In this document: in pieces, positions 1 through 9,427 of the stretch
Position numbering within the stretch: position 1 is the stretch's first letter
Layout: the number at the start of each line of letters is the position of its first letter
DNA from: Candidatus Micrarchaeota archaeon
Lineage (GTDB): Archaea; Micrarchaeota; Micrarchaeia; Anstonellales; JAHKLY01
Direction of reading: 5' to 3'
Length of the DNA: 64,000 bases
NCBI GenBank assembly: GCA_020854825.1
Contig: JAHKLY010000001.1
Location: 1-64,000, forward strand
Position numbers and translations under genes: made by a program
The notes under the pieces: model-generated
Seen by the model: only the letters and a program-made list of their open reading frames with translations
What the model was told of the DNA's origin: nothing
Databases searched by the model: none

Positions 1-1701
1 AGTTATATTTTCACAATCATTAAGAGTTTGATTTACTCCTCCATCAAGCGAATAAGAACAATTACCTTCCCCAATAAGAGTATAATTCAAATCTATAGTT
101 GTTTTATTGTATGTTATATTTAATGGACTCAAAATATTTATAGTAGGATGAATATTTTCAATAGTTCTATTATCCGAAACTCCAATTATTCCCAATCCTT
201 CTTCCCAACACCTAATATTCCATAAATACGTTCCAAATTCAAGAATAGTTTCTAGGTTAGTTTCAGTTGAATTTTCTACAGAAGTAGAATTTTTTATTGA
301 ATCTTCAATAAATAAACTACATATACTTGAAGTAGAATTTTGATGATTTGTTATAAAACTAAATAAGACGGAATCTAAGGTGCTTGTTGCAGTTTCGTTT
401 TCAGGAGAAACCAGTTCAACAGTTGGCGCAAAATCTGGCGGAGTTACATGATATGGATACTCAACACTAGTTCCAATTCCACTGCAGTTAAACCTCACAT
501 GGATATATCCACTTAGGCCCCAACCGGAGCCCCAGCTGTTTTTAACTATCCAGTAGCTTGTGTCTATGTTCCCTGTGTCATTGTATCCCACAAGCACAAC
601 GCCATGGTTAAGGTCGTTCCAGTATGACTGGCCTGCGCAGGTAAATATGCCGCTGCTGTATGGGCTCCATCCGTTAGCATTTACTGCGATTGCAAGTGGG
701 CCATGGTCAATGAGCATCTGCTTAAGCTCTTCATTGCTCACATTTATTTCTGCCGGATTCTCTGCAGAATTGCGCGAGAAATACCCCTCAATTGTCCAAA
801 GCCTGTCGCCGTAGTCTGCGCACCTGTCCGAGCATAAAACTGGCGTTTCATTGCATGAGCCGGCATCACACCCATAGCTGTCAATTGCCTGGTACGAAAA
901 ACAGGCTTCGTCTAAGACTCCCTCTTCAATAATGTAGTCATACGCCTGGTTCATATTTCCCCCATTGCACCCATTATTATTGATGTTGTCGCATGAGACC
1001 TCGTGTTGTTCTGAAAGGTCAGGGTTAAGCCTAGACTCGTTCTGCTCAATGTTATATTTCGCTTCCATGGCACCCAAGGCTGAAAATGCCCAGCATGAGC
1101 CACAATATGCCTGGTTTTTAACTGATGTTGTCCACCCTAGCGGCGTGTCAAAGTACAAATAGTTTGATGCTGAATATACTGTCCCGTTCGGCGGGCTTCT
1201 CCAGTCCCATTCTGCATAATCGCTTGCATTGTAAATGCTCACGCCAAGCTCGCGCACATCCTCATATCTTAAGGCAGTTTGCAGGCCGCTTTTTTTTTCA
1301 AGCTCATCATGCGCTATGCCCGCGCCTAACAACTCACTAAGCCCCATTTCTTCCTCAAGTGCAGTGCCAAGCTTTGCCGGCTCGCCGTCTTCAACGCATA
1401 CTGCATATTCGCTTCCATTTTCGCGCAATGTTTTTACGGACTTTCCAATCTGTTCGCAATAAGAATACTCTTCACCGCACTTGCCTTTCAAAAAGTCCCA
1501 ACCTTCACAAGAAGTTCCATCTGGTAAGAAACAAACACCATATTGATTATTATTTTCATCAAATTGAAGTATATATTCATAATCTCCATATAGAGAAGAC
1601 AATTCATTGCAATAAACTGCCGAAGGATTCGCAAGCGCAAATAACTGGCCAAATAACATAAACATTACTAATATAGATATAATAAATATTCTTTTTTCCA
1701 T
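1..1701 (-). CDS. Secreted DUF333 + papain-family (C1A) cysteine protease, 3' end runs off the window
   Basis: Not in ORF track. Manual translation from ATG at 1701: signal peptide MEKRIFIISILVMFMLFGQLFA, DUF333-like ANPSAVYC...GVCFLPDGTSCEGWDF, then WDWR...VKNQAYCGSCWAF (catalytic Cys codon 1093-1095), LNHGVVLVGY and YWIVKNSWGSGWG, followed by Ser/Thr/Asn-rich surface-type sequence. Confidence 0.9.
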   Translation of the reverse strand, partial: MEKRIFIISILVMFMLFGQLFALANPSAVYCNELSSLYGDYEYILQFDENNNQYGVCFLPDGTSCEGWDFLKGKCGEEYSYCEQIGKSVKTLRENGSEYAVCVEDGEPAKLGTALEEEMGLSELLGAGIAHDELEKKSGLQTALRYEDVRELGVSIYNASDYAEWDWRSPPNGTVYSASNYLYFDTPLGWTTSVKNQAYCGSCWAFSALGAMEAKYNIEQNESRLNPDLSEQHEVSCDNINNNGCNGGNMNQAYDYIIEEGVLDEACFSYQAIDSYGCDAGSCNETPVLCSDRCADYGDRLWTIEGYFSRNSAENPAEINVSNEELKQMLIDHGPLAIAVNANGWSPYSSGIFTCAGQSYWNDLNHGVVLVGYNDTGNIDTSYWIVKNSWGSGWGLSGYIHVRFNCSGIGTSVEYPYHVTPPDFAPTVELVSPENETATSTLDSVLFSFITNHQNSTSSICSLFIEDSIKNSTSVENSTETNLETILEFGTYLWNIRCWEEGLGIIGVSDNRTIENIHPTINILSPLNITYNKTTIDLNYTLIGEGNCSYSLDGGVNQTLNDCENIT

Positions 1702-1815
1702 GAATACCTTTTTTAGGAAATATTTAAATTAGTGTCTATATGAAAAAAATTGAATTTCATTATTCTTTCCTAATTTTATGTTTTTTTTAGCAAGGCCATT
1801 TAGATCACAATCTAT

Positions 1816-1960
1816 CAGAATTCTGTAACCCATTTATTAGAAGCAGGAGCAGACATAAGATATATCCAGCAGTTATTAGGACATGAAAATCTAAAAATAA
1901 CACAACAATACAAATGTAACAAACAAAAATATTAATAAACTTGTAAAAATTAATTTAACT
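1816..1960 (+). pseudogene. Remnant C-terminus of a XerC/XerD-type tyrosine recombinase
   Basis: Reads [28 protein letters not shown], the LLGH...Y catalytic box II. The upstream HxLRH motif is degraded, there is no start codon, and the frame shifts after the Tyr. Confidence 0.85.
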
Positions 1961-2043
1961 TTTGTTTTGTATATACTATTAAAAAATATTCAAAATGGAG
2001 CTAAACTATATGTTTTTAAATATTCCGTTCTCTATTAATCAAA

Positions 2044-2901
2044 ATGAAATTTTTATATATTTTAATTGTATTGCTATTAAGTATCCCAATAGTTTTAAGT
2101 ATCGACTCTTCAATATGCCAGAGCGCTAATCCAGAAGAAGAATATAAATCTTGTATAAAAATGCAGGAGCCATTAAAATTATTATGGGAACTAAAAAGTG
2201 ATGAAGTTGATAAATACTCTACTGATTTTTTTGCAGCAGATTCTGAATATAATTTATGCAGGTATAATACATGTGCAAAAGGATCAATAAATCCAATTAC
2301 AACAACAGAAATTAAAACAGATAATGATGAAAGTTATTGTATACAATTAATCTGCGAACCTTTATTAAAAGCATATAATAAAAAAATAAAAATCCTAGAA
2401 GCTGAAGAAGACAAATTAAGAAATGATTATAATCTAGCACAATGTGATAATTGTCTTATCCCTTTTTGTAGATATCAAATACATATAGATTGTACATATT
2501 TAGGAAAATTTTGCAAAGAAATTTCTTCAATAACAAATACAGATTATATTGGGTGTATAGAAACACCCATTGAAACCCCTTCAGTTAAAACTACTACTCC
2601 TCAAACAACTACTCCAAAACAAACAACAGCCTCTAAAACAATAACTACAAATCAACAAAACAAAACAAATTTACAAATTCTAAATGAAAACAAGATAGAT
2701 GAAATTTCAAAAAAGAATAATATTGAAATTAAAGAAATTGAAACAAAAAACGGCAAAAAGAAGATTATACTTACAAATCCTGATAATTCAAAAGCAAATA
2801 TTGCTAATAAAGATATGTATTATAAACAAAATGAAATAAAAAAACTATGTCAGATCAAATTGGGGATGTTCCAATTATTGGACCATACAAAGATTATATA
2901 A
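2044..2901 (+). CDS. Secreted Cys-rich hypothetical protein with Thr-rich linker, possibly the N-terminal part of a frameshifted gene
   Basis: Signal peptide, many Cys, TTTPQTTTPKQTT linker; overlaps next ORF by 55 nt. Confidence 0.7.
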   Translation: MKFLYILIVLLLSIPIVLSIDSSICQSANPEEEYKSCIKMQEPLKLLWELKSDEVDKYSTDFFAADSEYNLCRYNTCAKGSINPITTTEIKTDNDESYCIQLICEPLLKAYNKKIKILEAEEDKLRNDYNLAQCDNCLIPFCRYQIHIDCTYLGKFCKEISSITNTDYIGCIETPIETPSVKTTTPQTTTPKQTTASKTITTNQQNKTNLQILNENKIDEISKKNNIEIKEIETKNGKKKIILTNPDNSKANIANKDMYYKQNEIKKLCQIKLGMFQLLDHTKII

Positions 2902-3362
2902 TGAAATTCTTTGATGACCAAAAAAGTGATGAAGAAAAAACAACAGATACTCAAGTTAACTTAGGAGTTGGAAAAAATGCTGCAAATCTATTTAACCAAA
3001 TGGACGGCACAGGAGATAAAGAACTATCTCTCTCAATTGGAAAAAATTTAATACCTACTTCTACTACTACAAAACCTTATGAATTTATTTTTGATCAGTT
3101 AGGAGGAACAGTAAAAAAAACAATGGCTCATGGATATAATAGTGAATATAATTCAGTTCTTGAAGAAGCAAGATTATTAAGAGAAAGCGGTTCAACATGG
3201 AGCCAGACAATCAAGCAAACTGCTTTTTTAGTTGGTGAAGCAAATGAAGGCAAGAGATGGTCACAAACGCTGTCAGCATATTCAAAAGATGAATTTAAAA
3301 CATTTGAAAGTAGAGTTAATCTTTATATTCTTCAAATGAAAGAAAATGGTGAACTTCAATGA
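2847..3362 (+). CDS. Hypothetical protein, possibly the -1 frame continuation of 2044..2901
   Basis: 171-aa ORF; its frame opens just before the A7 run at 2838-2844. Confidence 0.6.
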   Translation: MSDQIGDVPIIGPYKDYIMKFFDDQKSDEEKTTDTQVNLGVGKNAANLFNQMDGTGDKELSLSIGKNLIPTSTTTKPYEFIFDQLGGTVKKTMAHGYNSEYNSVLEEARLLRESGSTWSQTIKQTAFLVGEANEGKRWSQTLSAYSKDEFKTFESRVNLYILQMKENGELQ

Positions 3363-4384
3363 AAATAGGAATAATTATATTTTTAATATTTATTTGTTTG
3401 ATGGGTTTTTATCTATTTTCAAATCCATCAATCCTCCAAGATAATGCTCCAGAAATCAGTAATGCTATTGAAACAATAAAAAATATGTTTGATAATAGTT
3501 TTACTCAGACAAACGGAAATAGTTATTCTCCCCAGGCAAATGAGATATCTACATATTTAAAAGAAAATAACCTAAACCTAATAGATATAAATAATGAAAA
3601 TGATTTTGTATTAATCAAATTTAGTTCTGATTCATTTTTAGATATGGATCAATTAATATATAATACAGCTTTAGAAGCATATAAAATATTTCAAAAACCA
3701 ATTAAGATAGAAGGATATTATTTAGAAGAACCCTTTTTAGCATTAGAAACAAATAATCCTAATGATGAGAATTCACTACAGTTTATAGATATAAGGAATC
3801 CAGAATTTATGATTGAAAATGATTTAATGATTTTTGATGTATTAGTTGAAGATATTAATATAAATGATAATTCAATTTTAGTTGAACTTCAATATGAAGG
3901 CTCAGAAAATGATTTTTTTAATGATTTTACTGCAATTTGTTTTGTAATTGTTCAAGATGCACCCCAAATATATGATATTTCTATTAAATATCTTAAAAAT
4001 AATTTATGCTTATCTATGAAAACAACTTCAATTGAGGTATTAAAATTTTATGATGGGGAAATTTCAATGGATCAATTTTTAGGAAATCTTAAATTAGAAA
4101 AATGCAGTTCTGAAAAAATAGATACACACAAATTAAATAATGAGCAGGAAAACCAGAATTTAAATGATTCTAAATTAAATAGCCAAGAATTAACTGAATG
4201 CCCCACAGGGGAAGAATTAGATTCATTAAGTGCTCAAAGCCAAAATAGGTTATTTGCTTTAATGGCTGCAGGAAAAGGAGATACGCCAGAAGGACAGGAA
4301 GCATATAAAGTAATGAAATTTTATCATGACTGCTACTCTACAGAAGTAGAAGAAATAGAATATCCTAATGAAGATGAAAGTTAA
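3359..4384 (+). CDS. Membrane-anchored acidic hypothetical protein
   Basis: N-terminal hydrophobic helix, Asn/Asp/Glu-rich; ATGA overlap with upstream stop. Confidence 0.75.
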   Translation: MKIGIIIFLIFICLMGFYLFSNPSILQDNAPEISNAIETIKNMFDNSFTQTNGNSYSPQANEISTYLKENNLNLIDINNENDFVLIKFSSDSFLDMDQLIYNTALEAYKIFQKPIKIEGYYLEEPFLALETNNPNDENSLQFIDIRNPEFMIENDLMIFDVLVEDININDNSILVELQYEGSENDFFNDFTAICFVIVQDAPQIYDISIKYLKNNLCLSMKTTSIEVLKFYDGEISMDQFLGNLKLEKCSSEKIDTHKLNNEQENQNLNDSKLNSQELTECPTGEELDSLSAQSQNRLFALMAAGKGDTPEGQEAYKVMKFYHDCYSTEVEEIEYPNEDES

Positions 4385-4509
4385 AATAAATATCTGATCA
4401 AGCCACAAGTGGACAGTATAATTTTTAATCTATTGAAATTAAGTATTAAAAATATTTTTGAATATAAATTATGTATAAGTTTTAAAATTTTTATATATAA
4501 AAATTTAAT

Positions 4510-5442
4510 TTGGTGAGAATTGTGTATGTTAAAGATATCAAATGGAAAAAAGGAATAAAAGTTAATGAATTAGTAGAACAAATGGGTTCAACAGGTTTTC
4601 AAGGTGTTGAACTCAAAAAAGCAGCAGATGTAATTATTAAAATGAAGAAATCAGGAGCTAAAATTTATTTAACATTTACATCTAATATGGTTACGTCAGG
4701 ATTAAGAGGATTTTTTGCACAATTAATTAAATTAGGTATGGTAGATGTAATAGTAACAACAGTCGGAGGAATAGAAGAAGACATTATGAGATCAATAGGA
4801 GAAAAATTTACAATTGGAGATTTTTATTCAGATGATGTTGAATTATATGAAAAAGGTGTTAATAGAGTTGGAAATCTATTTATTAAAAATGAAAGTTATG
4901 CTAAATTTGAAGATTGGATGAGACCTTCTTTAAAAAAACTTTATGAACAAAAAAAAATTTGGCCTGTTTCAGAAATGTTAAATGAAATGGGAAAAACAAT
5001 TGAAGATGAAAATTCTATATTATATCAAGCATCTAAACAGAATGTTCCAATATTCTGTCCTGCAATAACAGACGGTGCTTTTGGTTTTCATTTATATTTA
5101 TTCCAACAAGATAATGAGGGATTTGTTGTTGATGTAGTAAAGGATTTTGCAAATATTTTATTTTCTACATCACAAGATGAAACAAAAGGATTAATAGCAT
5201 TGGGCGGAAGCATTTCAAAACATCATGCATTATTAGCTTGTTTATTAAATGGTGGAATTGATTACGCAGTTTATTTAACTACGGCAAGATCTACCTCTGG
5301 AAGTATGTCCGGAGCTACTACAAAAGAGGCTAAATCTTGGGGAAAAATAAAAGATGACTCAGACGCAGCAACAGTAATAGGGGATGTAACAATAACATTC
5401 CCATTAATTATGTCATACGTTCTAGATGAATTAGGTATTTAA
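4510..5442 (+). CDS. Deoxyhypusine synthase family protein (possibly homospermidine synthase-like)
   Basis: Motifs TSNMVTSGLR, TTVGGIEED, CPAITDG, GGSISKHH, SGATTKEAKSWGK; start may be GTG at 4522. Confidence 0.9.
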   Translation: MVRIVYVKDIKWKKGIKVNELVEQMGSTGFQGVELKKAADVIIKMKKSGAKIYLTFTSNMVTSGLRGFFAQLIKLGMVDVIVTTVGGIEEDIMRSIGEKFTIGDFYSDDVELYEKGVNRVGNLFIKNESYAKFEDWMRPSLKKLYEQKKIWPVSEMLNEMGKTIEDENSILYQASKQNVPIFCPAITDGAFGFHLYLFQQDNEGFVVDVVKDFANILFSTSQDETKGLIALGGSISKHHALLACLLNGGIDYAVYLTTARSTSGSMSGATTKEAKSWGKIKDDSDAATVIGDVTITFPLIMSYVLDELGI

Positions 5443-6489
5443 ATGGCAAAATTTATTTTACATAAATCAAAAGTATTTGAACAATACAATTTAATTAAAA
5501 AAAAAGCAGACTTAGTTTCATACAGCTTTAAAACAAATCAAGAAGTTGGAGAAATTTTGGAGATTGGTACTGACTGCTTTTTCAGTATTCACACAATTGA
5601 ATCATTGGAAAAAATTAAAGATAAAAAAAGAGTATGGTTTTTTGCTCAAGCCTGGGATAATAAAGAGATAGAAAAATTACTTTCTTTAGGTGTTGAATCT
5701 TTTGTTATTGATAATTTAAAGGATTTAGAACTAATATTTGAAATTTTAAAAGAAAAAGACATAAAAATAAACTTATTATTAAGAATGAGATTAAAAGAAC
5801 ATACAATACATACTGGAAAACATTTTGTTTTTGGAATGTATTCTGAAACTATAAATAATAAAATTAAAGAGATAAGAGAAAATTCTGAATTTAATAAAAA
5901 AATAAATAAATTAGGAATTCATTTTCATAGAAAAACCCAAAATGTTAGTGAATGGAATTTAAAACAAGAATTAGAAGATATTTTAGATAAAAAAACATTG
6001 GAAAATATTGATTATATCAATATTGGAGGAGGATTACCTTCAATATATAAAAATTTCAGTTCAGATATTTTAATAGATATTTTTGATAAAATCAAAGAAA
6101 CAAAAGAGTGGTTCAATAAAAATAATATTAAGATGATTATTGAACCTGGTAGATTTATTGCAGCACCTTGTATTGAATTAGAAACTTCAATAAAAAATAT
6201 TTATAATGATAATATTATTGTTAATGCATCTGTATATAACAGCGCAATGGACACATTTATTGCACATATTAGATTATTAATTAAAGATGAATTAAATACA
6301 AAGGATAAAGACGCTAAACCATATACTATAAAGGGTTGTACACCTGATTCATTAGACATATTTAGATATAGAATTTACTTAAAAGATCCAAAAATAGGAG
6401 ATAAAATTATCTTCCTAAATGCAGGTGCATACAACTTTCACACAAATTTTTGCAACCTACCAAAAATACAAACTGAGATTAAAGACTAA
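5443..6489 (+). CDS. PLP-dependent fold-type III (Orn/Lys/Arg/DAP) decarboxylase
   Basis: YSFKTN (PLP Lys), HFH, NIGGG, IEPGR, GCTPDSLD, NAGAY. Confidence 0.9.
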   Translation: MAKFILHKSKVFEQYNLIKKKADLVSYSFKTNQEVGEILEIGTDCFFSIHTIESLEKIKDKKRVWFFAQAWDNKEIEKLLSLGVESFVIDNLKDLELIFEILKEKDIKINLLLRMRLKEHTIHTGKHFVFGMYSETINNKIKEIRENSEFNKKINKLGIHFHRKTQNVSEWNLKQELEDILDKKTLENIDYINIGGGLPSIYKNFSSDILIDIFDKIKETKEWFNKNNIKMIIEPGRFIAAPCIELETSIKNIYNDNIIVNASVYNSAMDTFIAHIRLLIKDELNTKDKDAKPYTIKGCTPDSLDIFRYRIYLKDPKIGDKIIFLNAGAYNFHTNFCNLPKIQTEIKD

Positions 6490-6526
6490 ATAAAGTAATT
6501 TAAATCTATTCACAGAAAATAATATT

Positions 6527-7039
6527 ATGAACTTAAAAAAACTGTTTTTAATGCAAATAACAAACGGCATCTCAGAGGAGATTTATACTATTTTAGACAT
6601 TAAAGATAAACAAAAATTAAAAAAAGAAGAAAATATGTATTATCTTAAAAAAGAATATAGAAACAAATTGAAAATTGTAATAACTGGAGGAGTATTTGAT
6701 ATTATACATTACGGTCATATTTATACTTTAGAAAAAGCAAAAGAAAGAGGAGACATATTAATAGTAATAGTGGCAAATGATAAAACAGTTTTCAAAAATA
6801 AAACCAGAAAACCAATACATTCACAAGAACACAGACAAAAAATTGTTAGTTCATTAAAACCAGTTGATTTATGTTTAATTGGAGAAGAAGATCCAATAAA
6901 AATGACAGAAAAAATAAACCCTGATTTAATAGTTTATGGATATGACCAAAAACCTTTTATAACCAATTATCCATATATTAAATTAGATAAAACAGAAGAA
7001 TATAAAACATCAAAAATTATTGAAGAATTAGGTATTTAG
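6527..7039 (+). CDS. ribL: Cytidylyltransferase family, FAD synthase-like
   Basis: GGVFDIIHYGH (HxGH), VIVAND, PDLIVYGYDQ, KTSKII. Confidence 0.75.
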   Translation: MNLKKLFLMQITNGISEEIYTILDIKDKQKLKKEENMYYLKKEYRNKLKIVITGGVFDIIHYGHIYTLEKAKERGDILIVIVANDKTVFKNKTRKPIHSQEHRQKIVSSLKPVDLCLIGEEDPIKMTEKINPDLIVYGYDQKPFITNYPYIKLDKTEEYKTSKIIEELGI

Positions 7040-7047
7040 GTGATAAA

Positions 7048-8100
7048 ATGGATTTTTTAGAAACAGTAGTATTTGGAACAACTATATTAAACTATACATA
7101 TTTCTTATTCACAATTTTAGGAACTATTATTTTAGCTAAAATAGTATATTACATTCTTAAAGGAGCTATAAGCAGATTTACTAAAAAAACAAAAACAAAA
7201 TTAGATGATCTATTAATGTCTGCTTTAGAAAAACCATTTATAGTTTTAATCTTAATTTTTGGACTACAATTTGGTTTAGGGTTTTTATCTTTACCGAATG
7301 AATATGGAGAAACAGCACAAAATATTTTGGGAGTATTATTAACATTCACAATAGCATGGTTTGTAGTCGGCGTATTAAATTCATTTATTGAAAATTATGT
7401 TGAACATCTAACAAAACAAACAGAATCAAAATTAGATGATCAAATATTACCTATTTTCAAAAAAGGTATTTTTGCGATTGTTTTTATATTAGCTTTAATA
7501 AGTGCATTAAATAATTTTGGATATGATGTAACCGCATTATTAGGAGGGTTAGGTATTGCAGGTATTGCTGTTGCAATGGCTGCCCAAAGTACTTTAGGAG
7601 ATTTATTAGGAGGAGTAAATATATTTACTGGAAGACCTTTTGAAGTTGATGACTGGATAAGTTTTGGAGGAAAGGGAGGACAAGTTACTGAAGTAGGAAT
7701 GAGAAATACAAGACTTAAATCTTTTGATGGAACTTTATTAACAGTACCTAATTCCATTTTAGGAAAAGAAGTTATTGAAAATTATTCAAAAGCTGAAAAA
7801 AGAAGAATTAGGTTTAATATTGGTTTAACTTATGATACTTCTGCTAAAAAACTAAAAAATGCAAAAGATATTTTATTAAAAATTACAAAAGAAGTTGAAG
7901 GAATTGAAAAAGACAGCACAACAATTCATTTTAAAGAATTTGCAGATTCTTCAGTAAATCTAATGTTTACATATTATATTACTGATACCAGTAAATTTTG
8001 GGATATTCAAGATGAAGTTAATATGAAAATAAAAGAGCGCTTTGACAAAAATAAATTAGATTTTGCATTCCCAAGTCAGACTGTTTATTTGAAAAAATAA
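7048..8100 (+). CDS. mscS: Small-conductance mechanosensitive channel
   Basis: TM helices, LGGLGIAGIAVAMAAQ, PFEVDDWI, GMRNTRL, VPNS, FAFPSQ. Confidence 0.93.
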   Translation: MDFLETVVFGTTILNYTYFLFTILGTIILAKIVYYILKGAISRFTKKTKTKLDDLLMSALEKPFIVLILIFGLQFGLGFLSLPNEYGETAQNILGVLLTFTIAWFVVGVLNSFIENYVEHLTKQTESKLDDQILPIFKKGIFAIVFILALISALNNFGYDVTALLGGLGIAGIAVAMAAQSTLGDLLGGVNIFTGRPFEVDDWISFGGKGGQVTEVGMRNTRLKSFDGTLLTVPNSILGKEVIENYSKAEKRRIRFNIGLTYDTSAKKLKNAKDILLKITKEVEGIEKDSTTIHFKEFADSSVNLMFTYYITDTSKFWDIQDEVNMKIKERFDKNKLDFAFPSQTVYLKK

Positions 8101-8311
8101 ATTTGATTAACAAGATATAACACAAAAGATTAATTTGCTAAAGATAAAAAGTTAGAATTTAAACTCATTCTGAAATTGTACAAACCGTTTCCTCCTTGTT
8201 TCAAATAACCATTTAAACCAAAAATAGAACAAATGAGGTGTTTTTTCATAAATTTATCACAATCAGAGGACAAAAATTCTTTAAATAATTCCATTTTTTC
8301 TAATATTCTTT

Positions 8312-8381
8312 TTTGCCGGGATTCCCGGTAAATCACGATACTTTAAAAACCGACTTTTGAAAATGAAAGTCTTTCATTTTC
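8312..8381. repeat. Two palindromes in the convergent intergenic region (REP-like element or terminator)
   Basis: TTTGCCGGG-ATT-CCCGGTAAA at 8312-8332 and perfect GAAAATGAAAG-T-CTTTCATTTTC at 8359-8381. Confidence 0.7.
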
Positions 8382-8419
8382 TTAAGATAATATATAAGAT
8401 TAAACAAAAAAATAAGTTT

Positions 8420-8680
8420 TCATATAAAGCTGCGATACCATTTTTCATATTCTTTATGCGTTGCAAAACAGTGATGAATATAAAGTATGTCTTTTTCTTC
8501 TTCATAAACTAATCTTGCCTGTCTTGTAACATTTTCAACACACTGTGGAATACCATATTTCATGTGTCTTCTAGGGGGCATTTTTTCTAGTTTTTCAATA
8601 TGTTTTATAAAAAAGGATTGAAGTCTTTTATCAAGAGATAAAAACTCTTTTCTTGCCTGGGGAAGAAAAATAACTTTCAT
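8420..8680 (-). CDS. RelE/ParE-family type II toxin
   Basis: 86 aa, MKVIFLPQARKEFLSLD...RLVY...LYIHHCFATHKEY; 1-nt overlap with upstream antitoxin. Confidence 0.85.
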   Translation of the reverse strand: MKVIFLPQARKEFLSLDKRLQSFFIKHIEKLEKMPPRRHMKYGIPQCVENVTRQARLVYEEEKDILYIHHCFATHKEYEKWYRSFI

Positions 8681-8916
8681 TAAAAACCCGCCTCTTTTTT
8701 TATCTCTTCTAAAGAATATCCTTTGGTTTTTTTAGATTTAAATTCCTGCATTTCAAATTTAACTGCTTTATACACCAGTTCTGCTTCTTCTTCTTCAATT
8801 TGTCGATCATATGCCATTATTGCCTGACGCATTGCTTCAGTTTGGTTACCTGCATACCCTTTTCTAACTATTTTTCTAAGTAATACCTCAAAGGGTTCTC
8901 CTAAATTAACATTCAT
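8680..8916 (-). CDS. Ribbon-helix-helix antitoxin (ParD/CopG-like)
   Basis: MNVNL...VRKGYAGNQTEAMRQAI, acidic segment, C-terminal YSLEEIKKE; directly upstream of toxin. Confidence 0.85.
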   Translation of the reverse strand: MNVNLGEPFEVLLRKIVRKGYAGNQTEAMRQAIMAYDRQIEEEEAELVYKAVKFEMQEFKSKKTKGYSLEEIKKEAGF

Positions 8917-8987
8917 TTAATCACCTAATATATCATTTAATAATATATTTAATACATCAATGAATATATAAATGTTTGTACAATAAA

Positions 8988-9410
8988 TTAATTTCTTTTT
9001 ATTTTATTTATATTTTCAATAGAAATCCAGGCAGTCATATTGCCGTATCCTGTTTTGTCTATTTCAAAAGATTTTATCTTTTTTGGTTTTTTTAAGAAAA
9101 TTAAAATACAATATTTCTTAGATTTTAATTGATTTAAGTAACTTAAATCTATACAAATCTTTTTTCCATATTTTTTAATTATCTCTTTTATCTTTTTCTC
9201 ATTTAATTCAGCAAATGTTAATACTTTTTCAACATTTGCTTTTGCGCTTACTGGTTCTCCTGATTCTTTAAAATATATTATATCTCCTTTTGAAATAGAT
9301 CCAAAAGGAGGCCTCTTAAATTTATACCATCTTGATTCGATTTGTTTTTCCCCTGAAAGAATTTTATCTAAAAATTTTCCTTTTTTTGAAAGTATTGCTA
9401 GATGTTCCAT
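8988..9410 (-). CDS. ASCH domain protein
   Basis: FLDKILSGEKQIESR (GxKxxExR motif), KGDIIYF. Confidence 0.88.
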   Translation of the reverse strand: MEHLAILSKKGKFLDKILSGEKQIESRWYKFKRPPFGSISKGDIIYFKESGEPVSAKANVEKVLTFAELNEKKIKEIIKKYGKKICIDLSYLNQLKSKKYCILIFLKKPKKIKSFEIDKTGYGNMTAWISIENINKIKRN

Positions 9411-9427
9411 ATCTACTCATTCTAAAA

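Noticed and set aside
560-1661. Five short plus-strand ORFs in the ORF track
   Set aside because: Antisense shadows of the minus-strand C1A protease gene, which carries all catalytic motifs
8130-8336. 68-aa minus-strand ORF as a real gene
   Set aside because: No recognisable motif or RBS, and it overlaps a hairpin; at best a decayed fragment
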